Shown: piece by piece, positions 38,016-50,557 of the stretch | Position numbering within the stretch: position 1 is the stretch's first letter | How the letters are laid out: every line of letters begins with the position of its first letter | NCBI RefSeq assembly: GCF_021869535.1 | Contig: NW_026262734.1 | Coordinates: forward strand, 59,272,001-59,336,000 | Length of the DNA stretch: 64,000 bases | Reading direction: 5' to 3' | DNA from: Mytilus californianus | Lineage: Eukaryota | Program-made: the position numbers and the translations under genes | The notes under the pieces: model-generated | The model's database searches: none | Told to the model about the DNA's origin: nothing | The model's input: the letters and a program-made list of their open reading frames with translations, nothing else

Positions 38016-40681
38016 TTAGAAGTGAAACTGCGACTGTTAATTTATAATTTATGTTATTCATGTTTCCCATGTGAATATGTCAAGGAATATTAAAATCATA
38101 CGGTTAACACTTGTGGTTTACACTTGTCGTTAGAAAAAAAAAGGTAATGTAAACATGGTCAAAAGGTAGACGTTTTATTTTAGTACACTTTTTACCTTTG
38201 TTATCTTTACCTCTTGTAGTGACATGTTTTCAGTGTCTCCAACTTTTCTCTCACTATAATCCGCTTAACCCTCAAATCCCCAAATCTATAAATCGTAGAT
38301 GTTTTCCCAGGTTTATGTCCTATTTTTAAACCACTAGGATTATTCCTCAGGTTTATTTGTATGCCATCTAGAGTGAACAAATTCCTTCCCCGCAAGTGTC
38401 ATCGTTCATATATTCAATTAGTGCATTGAGAAAATCAACCAATGATATAAAACATAGCAGTTATATGTATATGGTTGTAAAACCATTATGTACCAAAACT
38501 TGCAAGCTCTTGAAATATTAGCATAATAAAAAGACAATAGTTTCGACTACAACCGCACAAGTTATTTTTTATAATTTAATATAAAAAAGAAGAATGTGGT
38601 ATGATTGCCAATGAGACAACTCTCCACAAGGGACCAAATGACACAGAATTTAACAACTATATGTCACCGTACGGCCTTCAACAAGGAGCAAAGCCCTTAC
38701 CGCACAGTCAGCTATAAAAGGCTCCGAAATGACAATGTAAAACAATTCAAACGAGAAAACTAACGGCCTAATTTATGTACAAAAATGAACGAAAAACAAA
38801 TATGTACCGCATAAACAAACGACAACTACTGAATTACAGGCACATACATACAGAATGTGGCGGGGTTAAACATGTTAAAACTTTTCATCCGAAGAAAGAT
38901 TGAAAACTAGTTTTCAAAAATGTTATCTTAGTATTATTCCTGCAATACATTTTTGCAATAATGTTGTGTTTTTCTTTAACTTTTGGATTTTCATCGCCTC
39001 GAAGGGGTCTTTTCGCTTGTTTGTCAAAATAAATGTAAAACCGCAAGTTACCTTGAGGAGCATGACATGATTTTTTGTATTTGTTTGTCATATATTTATA
39101 ATGCTGGGGGAAAAACAACCTATTATAAAACATTCATTGTTTTGAACAAGGTAAACAGATAATTTGGAATACATCTGTAAATAAAAAGAAAGTCTTAATA
39201 ATATAGTTGCCATGTTGTGAACGTGGTCCAGGTGAACGCCTTAATAAATACTTACAAATGCCATAAAAAGATGTAAGTTATAATTTTAAATGCGTCTACA
39301 TGTACATGTAAAAACAAATTTTGGGCATGTTTGCGTTGTGTGGTTTATTCGCAAGCTCATTTTTCACCTCCAAATGAATAATTTGTTTTATAAGTAATGC
39401 ATTTGGTATAAAAATGATATAAATTACAATTTTGAAATCATCTTTAACCTTTAAGATAATTTTGGGACATGTTTATGTTATGTGGTTTCTTCGGAAGTTA
39501 TTTTTTTTTCACCTTCAATTAATTAATTTGTTTTACAAGTAATAAATTTAGTTTAAAAAGCTTAAACATTACAATCATATGAAATCATGTGTAAACTTAT
39601 TACCGGAATTCTTTTCTGTGCGTGTCTGACATTTCTCTTCAACACAGAAGTGTCTGTTCTAGGTACGTATATGTTTTAAGCTACTCTTATCAAAATTAAA
39701 TTATGAAATGTCTTCATTAGATTAATTCTGCTAATAACAATTAATTTTACCACCAAATAGGAAAACCTGAATAACCGGTCCGCATTATACTTGCAATCGA
39801 TAACACATATTAACCATTTGTTCTTTTTAAAAATATCAATAATCGTGTTGATAAGATAGTGACAAACGCTCGTCATTTATTTTGAGGATGACATGTATAA
39901 CAAATACAATTGAGTACGTATAAAAAATGTAAATCGATTCACAAAGTAAAACAACTGCTGAATCTCAAACAAAATAATTAAACGAGTTTATTTTATTCTG
40001 TTACCTTTGAAAACTCAGCTCTTCACTGGACAGGCGGAGTTCATTTACGTTTTATTAATTTGCGTATTTAAATAATGTATTAATTTTATCATAAGTTTGT
40101 AATAACCTTTTACAGTTATAAAATAGGTCATACCGCTGAAAACGTTTCCGAATCAAGAGCATAATAATATATAGTTATAAGTTTGATATAAAACAACTAT
40201 TAAGTTATTCTTAATAAGATTGGTAGTATTTTAATTGCTAGGTTACAGTTCCACTTTTTTCTCTCGGATTCTGACTTTTCGATCATAGAAGAATCTTTAA
40301 CTATCTTAGGTATAACTAAGTGAAATAGCACTTTTAGAATTATTTTCGTTAGTAATTTTAGTTTTACCCTTTTATAAAATGTTGTTTGAAAGTCAGTTAG
40401 TTTATACCATAATTCACCAAGAAATACTTACTACAGATACTGACCTGACCAAGCTACGTGTTACTGTATCTCGAATGCCCATTTTTAGCTTCATATTATT
40501 GCCGGATGGGAGTGTTCATATTTTTTAAAGAATATTACTACGATCGTTGGATACAAAAAAATATTCAAAATATAAATATAAACACATTAGAAATTGATAT
40601 CTGATTGGTTATTTGAGAGGATGGTTATTTGGTTGTTACTGTGTTGTCTCGACGATGTAGACACTTAAAAAGTTGTTTTTC

Positions 40682-40773
40682 TTATATGTACGTTTGAATA
40701 AAATGATATACGCCATTGCCAGAGCCACTAAAACGTACACCTTTGAAGCACACCACTTTGTACGGCCTTTTCT
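40682..40773 (-). pseudogene. WAP-derived exon F that has lost most cysteines
   Basis: Phase-1 acceptor GATAACAG; reads xKRPYKVVCFKGVRFSGSGNGVYHFIQTYI*. AGTGGCTCTGGCAATGGC resembles gene D TGTGGCTCTGGA...AATGGC. The 14-mer AAACGAGTTTATTT (polyA signal on minus) is shared at 39980 and 33812. Confidence 0.45.
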
Positions 40774-40845
40774 CTGTTATCAATTCCATCCAGTCATTAT
40801 ATTTTAAAAATTTTCACAATTATATTTTTTGAAAATATTCTAAAG

Positions 40846-40971
40846 TATGAACATGTGATGAAGAACTGCATTTTTGCAACGCGGAATTAATAATTTGTTG
40901 CTGTTCTATTGGCTGTGGTAAAGAATTCCTAAAGGGAATTCGGTATTAAGTCACAGTTATCTACGTATGTG
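40846..40971 (+). pseudogene. Inverted WAP exon remnant G (paralog of gene A WAP exon)
   Basis: TGCTGTTCTATTGGCTGTGGTAAAGAATTC matches gene A at 28/30 nt. Same AAAG acceptor and GTAAGA donor, but in-frame TGA where gene A has TGC. Confidence 0.75.
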
Positions 40972-43900
40972 GTAAGATATTGTTAAACACAATTTTCCTA
41001 AATAGTGATATTGCTCAACAATTATAACTGATATACATCCAAAAAGAATACATGTGTCTACAATATTTTAATCTATAATTAGTCTGGAGTCTATTAAAGA
41101 TGTGCGTACATTAATAAGAAACATGAGTAATGATAGTTAACTTTAAAGCGTCATTTCTGACCTAATGTTACGTTGTAAACACCAATGATCCAGTATAGTA
41201 CATTATGTAGATTCACGTGGGTGTAACGTACTGTGTGAAAATTTCGTCTGGTTTGTTAATGTGTACTAGTACCATTTGATAAATAATCAAAGAATTTAAT
41301 CCAAAATTGGATGTTTGAATTTAATTTTTTGCCTCTACTAGTACTTGGTTGCCGTCACATTTGCAATTACCCTTCATCTCAAATTGTTCGTTCTTTGAAA
41401 GATTATCGCATGAAAAAAAAACTAATAGTGGGTGGATCAAAATAATTTAAATGTGTTGCAGTATTAGCACTTCTTAAAAAAAAGTAGCGTTTTGGGTTTT
41501 AGAATTTTAAGAAACGATTTTGTGTAAATTTTAACTGGCTGGTTTGGTTGAAAGTTCAACATGTTCAACATACTCACAAACTACTGGCTATAAAAAAGAA
41601 CTTAACATTCCGTAGGATGTGGCACAAAAAACCACACATATGTTCCAAATGTCGATACAACGATACAATTCTTTTTTCCTATTATTTGTCATTGCTGAAT
41701 GCAACTGATCGACAACATGTTAATTTAAAACGGAAAAATTTACGAATGCCGTACATTTTGTAATGGAGCAGAGTCTGCTAGCCAATCTCAAGCACAAATA
41801 TAAGAAGTATTTTTTCTGACATTTTGTATCAGTATGCACACTTTGTGCATGTTGTGTATCCGCACATTAAATGTTTTCCTCATTTCCTGTGAATAAAAGG
41901 CATTTGTAGAATACAATCAGATAATGCCGACAAACGGTCGTTTGGTAGAAGGCTACTATTTTTTTCTGCATAAATTACGAGTGTCAGAATTACTTTTTTT
42001 CTTCAAAATCCTGAATCGTCACTTAAAATTAGCAGTTTTTACACCCCAGGATGGTTCATATAACAAAAAAAGTTTGTCCGCAGCAAATATAACTGTCCAT
42101 ATTCATAATTTTATTATAAAAATTTGTGAAGCGGTGTCATAACATACGCAAATTTAACAAATCGGGCTGGATTGTATATTCCAAAAACCGGCAGTGTTGG
42201 TACAAAATGACTACTGTTTGTTTTCCCTGCATCAAATAAGAGTGCAAGCATTATCTTTATTTATTCAAAATATTAAAGAAAAAAATCACTTAAAATCATT
42301 AATGTTCAAAACTGTTCTCAGGGCGGTTTGAATAACAAAGTATTTGCCAGAATAATGAACTTTGACCACATTTGTAGTGTATAATGAAACATAGATAGCC
42401 GTACTATAATATGGCTATATGGCTCTGCCATCAACCCTGCTTAAGTTGAGAAGTAGATTCTAAGACGGTTTTACAACGCCTTCTATTTTCGGGCATAACA
42501 CACATTTCGTTTGAACACTCTGTAGTAAATTTAATCTCAATTTCAAGGCAAACAAATGGTACTACGATGAGAAATGTATTGCATATTTCATGTAGAGAAT
42601 ATATTAAGAACGAGACTGAAACAAAAAGGGAACGATGCAACTTAAACAATGAAATAACGATTCCATCATTTTACCAATACATTGAATAATCGAATGCATT
42701 GCCTTCATCTAACAAGGTTAATTAAGGATCATGGCAGTTAAAAGTATCACATACTTGCCTTGGGTTCAATATTGATAGCCTGATTTAAGTGACTGTATAT
42801 TTATAAAAAAAAAGGTTTTGAAATTAAAGAACATTCACCCAACTTAAATCATGATATCGTACAGAAAAGTATAAATAGCTATACAAAATGTATCCCAACA
42901 AAACATTTGGAGGACGAACAGAAAATATCCACAAACTTTCCCCACCTAAACACCATATTAATCAATACATAAAAACACAATTTACTCTATAAAAACGAAT
43001 ATAGTTTTATAAATATAACCAGAACTGGACTGACCAACCAAAAAAAGAAGAAATGATATATAACATAAATGATTCGAATATTTAGATAAATTAGTGTTTG
43101 TTTTACTTCAATATCGTTTTTTTCATTGTTATATTGTACTTGCTTTCTTTTATGTTGCAGGTTTCAACATCAAAATGTGAGATTCAGATGAAGAACATTA
43201 TTAGTTTTGATAGATGTCTTTTACTTAACACTGAATTGGTTTAGAACGTCTTCTCAAATAAAAGTATTAGTATGTCGTCTTCATTCATTTAGTGTGTCCT
43301 TTATTGTTAACATTATAATAATTATACAACATTTATTATTCTAAATAACTTGTTTTTTTAATTATTCAGTTACAATGAAAATTTATGGCGAAAGAGTTGA
43401 AATGCATACGAACATAGTATAACAACTCTTGAGATACTTAAAGTGGTTCATGCTGTACTCTCTATGGATCTCTCTCTGTTTTTTTCCTACAATTCTGCAC
43501 AATTTAATACGAAATAAACAAATGCATACATCTAACAATTCAACATATCTTCTCTTTAACGCAGCTTTTCAATTATTTAGGTATGAACGTTACTGATGAA
43601 GGTAAATCCAGGAAAAAAGTTCTTTGGATACACAAAAATCATAAAAGGTTTAGTCATGCTCGGTCTTTATCATGTTTGGCCCCCGTATTAGTCCTGTCCG
43701 AAAAGGAATATTAACTCTTGATTTATATCGACAGGGAACGTCATTAGTAATGCACATGTTGATTTATCCGTATTAAGGCTGATTTCCACGTTTCATTTAA
43801 TAATACATATTAAATACGATATATGATTGCACGTGTTTGTCTGTATATTTAAATATGTCTATATCTAGCCATAGACCATTGCCATTCTTTGTGGTCATAT

Positions 43901-44122
43901 CTATAGATAAATAGATTGTTATTGGTTTAAAATACACATGCTGAAACATTATAATTGGTTCGTGCAATTTTTCTTCTCTCATTTCTTTTATAGTCATTTT
44001 GTATTTTGGATATAAGTTTAAGTATGCTCTAATTTAAATATAAGAAATTGATTCAAATCGAGCACATGAATTTGCAGCAAATCCCCGGGTTTTTATTTTT
44101 GAGCGATATACACATATATATA

Positions 44123-44985
44123 TTTTCCGCAAGTTTATTGTTTCTGTTTGGTAGTAAATTATTATAAAGATCCATTTGTTACATCTTGTGATCCGTTTAT
44201 TTGGCAAACGCCAATAGCAGTCAGCAGGATTTAAGAACATTTGTTGCTCGACCTGTTAGTCAAACGCGTTTGGTTAAAATATACTTTTTCACTTTTTTGG
44301 TCTTTTGGAAAATGTTGTTTGTGCTGTATTTAGACCCCTCTACCAAGAAATTTGTTTTGCATGCACACGTATAAAAGTTGCGGTTTTTATCCAGCGCAAT
44401 CATAGGTTTGAACGTTGTTTTCAATTTAGACTTGTTTATATTTTTTTTCGTTTGGGCTTGTATTACATTTGCCTTCGGGTGTATATGATTCGTTCATCCT
44501 ATTTCGACTCTTCAAAATTCAAGAGTCTAGCCTAAATTGAGGAAAATTATATAGCCTTCCAATTACCGTTTCGGTTCCTAACATCACTGAAGAGACATAA
44601 ATTGTCGAAATCCGGATATGGTGTACTAAAAATGTTTGCACCTTTTGTTTGCGGTATACCATCTTTTCCGCAAGTTTATTGTTTTCTGTTTGGTATTAAA
44701 TTATTATAAAGATCAATTTGTTACATCTTGTGATCCGTTTTTTTTTTGGCAATCGTCAACGGCAGTCAGCAGAGTTTAAGAGCATTTGTTGTTCGACCTG
44801 TTAGTCAAATGCGTTTTTTTTTAAATAAACTTTTTCACTTTTTTGGTCTTTTCGAAAATGTTGTTTGTACTGTATTTAGACCCCTCTACCAAGAAATTTG
44901 TTTTGCATGCACACGTATAAAAATTGCGGTTTTTATCCAACGCAATCATAGGTTTGAACGTTGTTTTCAATTTAGACTTGTATAT
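44123..44985 (+). mobile_element. Direct repeat (~320 bp, offset ~541-546 bp) flanking a hammerhead; Penelope-like pLTR or retrozyme-like
   Basis: 44123-44440 and 44664-44985 are nearly identical; the unique spacer between them holds the ribozyme motif. Confidence 0.7.
44581..44624 (+). ncRNA. Minimal type-I hammerhead ribozyme motif
   Basis: ACAUCA-CUGAAGA-GACA(UAAAU)UGUC-GAAA-U(CCGG)A-UA^UGGUGU: complete catalytic core, 4-bp stem II, palindromic stem III, and 6-bp stem I with one G-U pair. Confidence 0.75.
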
Positions 44986-45809
44986 ATATAACTTACCTTG
45001 TGGCGAGACATAAACACTGGTATAGACAAAACTCAAATCCAAAGCTTTATATAGCTGTCATATAGAGTTTGGCATCAACCTAAATCGGGATTAAAAATTA
45101 AAGTATGAAGGTTGAGTTTGGTTAATTGTTGGGAATAACTTAGAAATGATAATGGAAATTAATAGGGACCTTCATAACAGAACTGTGTATCGTTATTTGT
45201 GCTGTTTTCCTATTAACTCTATAATCTTAGTAAATAGACAATTCTATTAAATTGAAATGAATAACGGTATTTTGATTTTGGTTGTAACCTAGGTGTGGGA
45301 GTAGTAGTATTATCTATCGAAAACGACAAAAAAATCAAACAATTCAGACTTCTGCTGATGCAAAACATAAGTGTGAAATATGTTTTATGTAAATACCACT
45401 TTCATTTAGTCTCTTGTATTAAATCTCAAAATTTGGGAATTTAAATTCTGTGTTTCAAGGATAAGCAGTAAAGAAGTAAAATAAAAATAAAATACAGAAC
45501 TCCGATGAAAATTATAAACGGAAAGTCCCTTAGTAAATGGCAAAAAAAAGAAGCTCAAACACATGAAACGAATAAATAACAACTAACTGACTCTATTTAT
45601 AAAGAGTAAAATCCATTTTATTCCTTTTTATAATCTTTTTCAATGTTTACAATAAATGAATGCAGATTTCATAAAGAAACTCACAATTTTTACAATATTT
45701 CATGTTTTTATTCATATAATTGATAAAACTTACATTTAATTTTCTGGAACTCTCCCAAAATATATGAAAGTTTTAAAATAATTTTGGTAAAGATGTATGT
45801 GACAACTTT

Positions 45810-46350
45810 TTATTCGGGAAATGTCCCGTAATCATCTTCAACATTACTATTTATGACATATATGTTGGCAAAGCGTTTTGACAAACAGATCTGAAACACA
45901 TTTCGGAAAAAATACCGACAAAGATAAACTAAGTGCAAAATGTATAACACAGCTGTCTTCAAATATTTCAGCATTTATCCCGAAAACCCAAAGTATATGC
46001 TAGAACTCATGACTAATAATTTCTTTTCACATTTCGGGAAAAATCCCGAAAATATAAATCTTTTATCAGACACACACTTGTTGCATAGATCTTTTTTACC
46101 CATTTCGGGAAAAATCCAGAATATAAAATCTACAAGCAAAAATTATGCTACAGATTTCTTAAACATACTGGGAAAAATCCCGAAAAACAAAATCTATAAG
46201 ATTTTACAAGACAGAATTTGATACATTTAGAAAGATTTTATGTAAATTTGTTTCCAACATTTGTTGAAATATTATGATTCATGAAAAATATGTGTCTAAC
46301 TGAAAAAAATATGAACTTTGTTTATAAGCTTACTTTTCGATACAGTTCCG
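45810..46350. repeat. Cluster of palindromic TTCGGGAAAAATCCCGAA motifs (transposon subterminal region)
   Basis: About six imperfect copies at ~45815, 45902, 46032, 46102, 46169 and 46325. Confidence 0.55.
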
Positions 46351-47399
46351 AAAAAAGTATTTTCTAAGAAATATAAAGGTTGTTCTCTACTGCATCTCTT
46401 TTGTCATGCCTCAGTGGTTCCCTATATATAATCAACTAAATTTGTCCCACAAAGGGGGGGGGGGGGGGGGGGGGGCAGGCCCCCTCTAAATCCGCCTATG
46501 ATAAGTGGTCGACTTCAAACTGGCCTAAGCACAAACTTTAACATGTAAACTATGCAAAAAAATCTAAGTTATTAGACCATGATTGAGGGTTCAAGGTAAA
46601 ACATTCCACAAGCACATGCGTTGTCCAAAAGCTTATTCAACTGCAAATGAAATATCCCTGACATACTATTAGTGGTTTTCCTTAAACTAAACTTATCACA
46701 AACCTTACAGTGTAAACTAAGAAAACGAGAAACCTGATGCATGATTTTTTTTTAGTAATTGATTAAATTTGGCTTTTAACTAGCTTTCAGTATACGTAAC
46801 TGCGAGTACTCTCAAATCGTACTTTCATGTTGACCTGTTGATACAATCGTTATGTTTTTTGTTATTCAATATTTCTCTATCTTTAATATATGGACAGGAA
46901 TTCGCTAATGTTACTTTAGTGTGACATTGTAAGAAAAAAAATAAAAATTGTTATAAGCTTCCAAATTTTTTACAAAGTATTGCTGCAAATGGCGTCTTTC
47001 TATTTATAACAAAAAAATAATTTTAAACTTGCGTCAGTTTGGAACAAAGGCAATTAATGAATTTAGAGTATGTAACATGGACACTTTTTCGAAGTTCAGA
47101 TTAATGACTCCTTAACTCATTCAACATTCAATATCATATATATTGATCACAAAACATTGTCTATCATCTATACTCTCAAATGTGTATTTTCATTGCTTTC
47201 TGAAAGTTTTTGAAAACAGGTTTCCTCTGCTTTTCTGTCAATGTTACATGCAACGTTTAAGAGATAAATACAACTAGATTTGTAATTGCTAGCAATAACG
47301 GATGTCACCCTGTCCCCCATTGCCAGAGTAACTAAATCCATTTTAAATATTTTAACGTCAAACAATGAATCTGCACATGCAAACTAACATTTTTATAAA

Positions 47400-48050
47400 G
47401 TTTCATAAGGTTGGAGCATTTTACAATTTTTGCTGTTTCCATAATAACGGCGGCCATTTTGAAAATTCCAATATCAAATAACAATTCTGCACATGCCAGG
47501 TAATATTTCTGTAAATTTTCTGAAAGCATTTTGTTGTTTCCATGGTGACAGTGTCCATTTCTAAAATTCCAAAGACAAATGCAACATTAGCACATTCCAT
47601 GCTACATATCCATAAAGTTTTTTTTAGAATTGAACTTATACTCTTTAAGAAAATGCAGCGTTCATGTATTTTCCCTTAGGGTCAATGTTAAGCTTTCGAC
47701 CTGTTTCCATGACAATGGCAGCTATTTTGGAACTTCTAAATACTGTCTGTGTTTCTAGGCATACGAGGTAACATTTCCATAAAGTTTCATTAGATTGGGT
47801 CTGTGAATAAAGGATTAAGAATTTTTATCTATTTTTTAGTTTCCATGGTAACCGTGGCCATCTTGCACATTCTACAGTCAGGTGCACAACTTCAAATGCT
47901 GGTCAACATTATAGCATAGTTCCATCAACATTGGTTCATTCAATTCCGAGAACTTGCGCGGACAAAATATGTTGAAGAAGAATAAAAATAAGGAAAACAA
48001 GAAACGTAGAATAACAATACGTCACCCTAACTCCGTTGAGGGTGCCATAA
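47400..48050 (-). mobile_element. Helentron/HINE-like non-autonomous element
   Basis: Reverse end ATTATGGCACCCTCAACGGAGTTAGGGTGAC followed by a TTCTTC/TTATT-rich tract; internal GGCCATTTTG and GTTTCCATGG repeats. Confidence 0.45.
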
Positions 48051-49499
48051 TGAAAATCATTTTCTTTCTGAACATAAAAAGGCTCTTTTTCATTGTGTTA
48101 CCCTCACATTAAAAAATTCTATCAATATTTTTGCAATTATCTCTTTTTTGTCATAAAGAAGTGACGTAAATATTGCATGTAACGTGGACACAAAACAGTA
48201 TGAATAATGAACCATGCCAGAATTGACCTAAAAAGATATAAAAAGCCTCCCAACAACAATCTAAATGTAAATTATACAATTATACTCCCACATTTCTCAT
48301 AAATGATATTATTTAAATAGTGGTTACCGAAACCATTCACCTAAATTTCAGACAGCAGACATATTTTTTAACTACCGGTATACATGTACCAGTAGTTATG
48401 CTTGTCCATGTTGGTACACCATGGAAGGCCAAATTAAAAGATATTCAAATGACAAAATAACCAGAAAAATAGAACTAAGACGGAAGATAGATCAATTGAT
48501 GAGGGAGTCATCCAAAATTTCCCCAACATGAAACATTTTTGTATCAGTAAGTAAGCAACCCGTTTTGTTATGCCGAGGAATAAGAAGACAACCACACAAC
48601 CATCAGCATCCCCTGTTTTCTCCCTCAATAACTAATACTGACAAAGAAGGGTACAAAACAAATACATGTATTAGTATCCCTCAATGCGACACAGTTACAC
48701 TTAAAACTAATAGTATGAAAAAACAAGGCAAAATATGGACAAATCTAGGTGCTCCACATCTACGAGAGGTTAATTCTGCAGCAGCTGCATTTATGGAGAA
48801 TATTATTTTCAACCGTTTATATAACTTCTATAAAGCACTCTTTGGGTTTCCTTTTTGAGGTTGTCGTCTGATAGACATTACCCCATATCTCGTTTTATTT
48901 CTGCTGGTAAATCTTACATTTATAATAATTTTTTAAGGTTTAAAAAATAAATTTTATTTCAAACATTTAAAACAAGTTTCTTGTTTCTTGTTTTCTGTCT
49001 CAAACATTTTCAACTATCTATCTGAAAAGCAAAAGAAAAAACCCAACAATTAGTCTACCCTCAATCACAACCAAAATCCATGCATAGGTTATAAAAATAC
49101 AATAATATTCAAACTCTCAAATTTCTTGCTTCGATTTTTCAATGCCATATTTCAACTGACAAACTTGTTACCAAAACTACAGGAATCTATAATTAATAGG
49201 GCCCCATAATGACCAGTTTAAAACAATTCAGAAGAAAAAACCAACACCCACTAGACTACCGGTACAGTCCTGTTTTCAACTTTATTTGCCCTTTTTTACT
49301 TGTTTTATTCATACGCGTCAGCGAAGTGTCTTTTGTAGACGAAACACGTGTCTGGCATACACAATTTCAATTCTGGTATCCATGATGAGTTTATTATTAT
49401 TATTTTGAAATCAGAAGGAGCCTGAACCTCTTAGTATGCAAAAGAAATTCTAAAGGTCAATTATTGGCATAACAAATTAAAACAAAATCATAGAAATCA

Positions 49500-49955
49500 T
49501 GTGAGCCGTCACCACCTGACTCACAAACAGGGACCTTATCTGACTGGCTAACACAGACATCATAATCTGACTGGCTGACAGGGATATCACCAACTGACTG
49601 ACTGATATGGATACCACCATCTGACAGGCTGACAGGGACATCAACATCTTACTGTGTGACAGGGACATCACCAACTGACTGACTGACAGGAACATCACCA
49701 ACTGACTGACTGATATGAACATCACCATCTGCCAGGCTGACTAGGACATCACCATCTGTTGGCTGACAGGGACATTACCCTCTGACTGGCTGACAAGAAC
49801 ATTACGGACTGACTGACTGACAGGAACATCACCAACTGATTGAAAGATATGTACATTATCATCTGCCAGACGGGCAGGGACATCACCATCTGACTGGCTG
49901 ACAGGGACATTACCATCTGACTGGCTGACAGGGACATCACCATCTGACTGGCTGA
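49500..49955 (-). repeat. 27-bp minisatellite, about 17 copies, apparently once coding (SQSDGDVPV)n
   Basis: Unit CTGACTGGCTGACAGGGACATCACCAT on +. It follows an open exon on the minus strand. Confidence 0.9.
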
Positions 49956-50557
49956 ATATCAATTTTGCAAGTCTAAAATTTTTTGTGCAGCTTCATCCTG
50001 AGAGTTTTCTTCATCACATTTATTACTGATCCTCTTTTTCTTTCTTAGGTTTATATTGCCTGTAAATTTTTTTTAATTAAAAATTGCATGTAAAATTTCT
50101 AGACTGACACCTATTTTGTTGTCAATGAAGAAAACATACTTCTTAAAAAAGAATATCTATATTTAGAAATAAAGATGAAGTTTGATGGGGTTAAACAAGT
50201 TAAATTATCAATAATATCTTTATATAGCAAAGGAGTTAGTAAATATTATCAGTTCTGTTCATGCGTGTAACATTGACAGAAAAGTAAAAGGTTGTAGTCA
50301 ATGTTACATACAAAGACCATAAGATAAAAAATAGTGTGCTTACTAGTCAACTTTGAAGTAAATAATATAATTGCTATCCAGTTATATCTAATTAATCACT
50401 TAGGTTATAAATTGTCATATAAAAGTCTGACTTTAACGAAGTAATACCTTTGCATGTAACATAAAAAAATCTTGACACAAATTATGGTTGTCAATGTTAC
50501 TAACAAGTGTTATAAGACAAATTAAACATGAAAACATTCAAACACTTTAATTGTGTG

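Noticed and set aside
42431-42649. Cys-containing hydrophobic ORF as another secreted peptide or the signal exon for F
   Set aside because: It starts at TTG, has no consensus donor and no WAP cysteine pattern.
44305-45042. ORFs 44305..44535, 44746..44991 and 44821..45042
   Set aside because: They come from the duplicated repeat and show no recognisable RT or GIY-YIG motifs.
45940-46221. 93-aa ORF with GKNPEN-like repeats
   Set aside because: Explained by the palindromic TTCGGGAAAAATCCCGAA DNA motifs.
49477-49943. MVMSLSASQ-repeat ORFs as real proteins
   Set aside because: Alternative frames of the 27-bp minisatellite with no own splice or start support.
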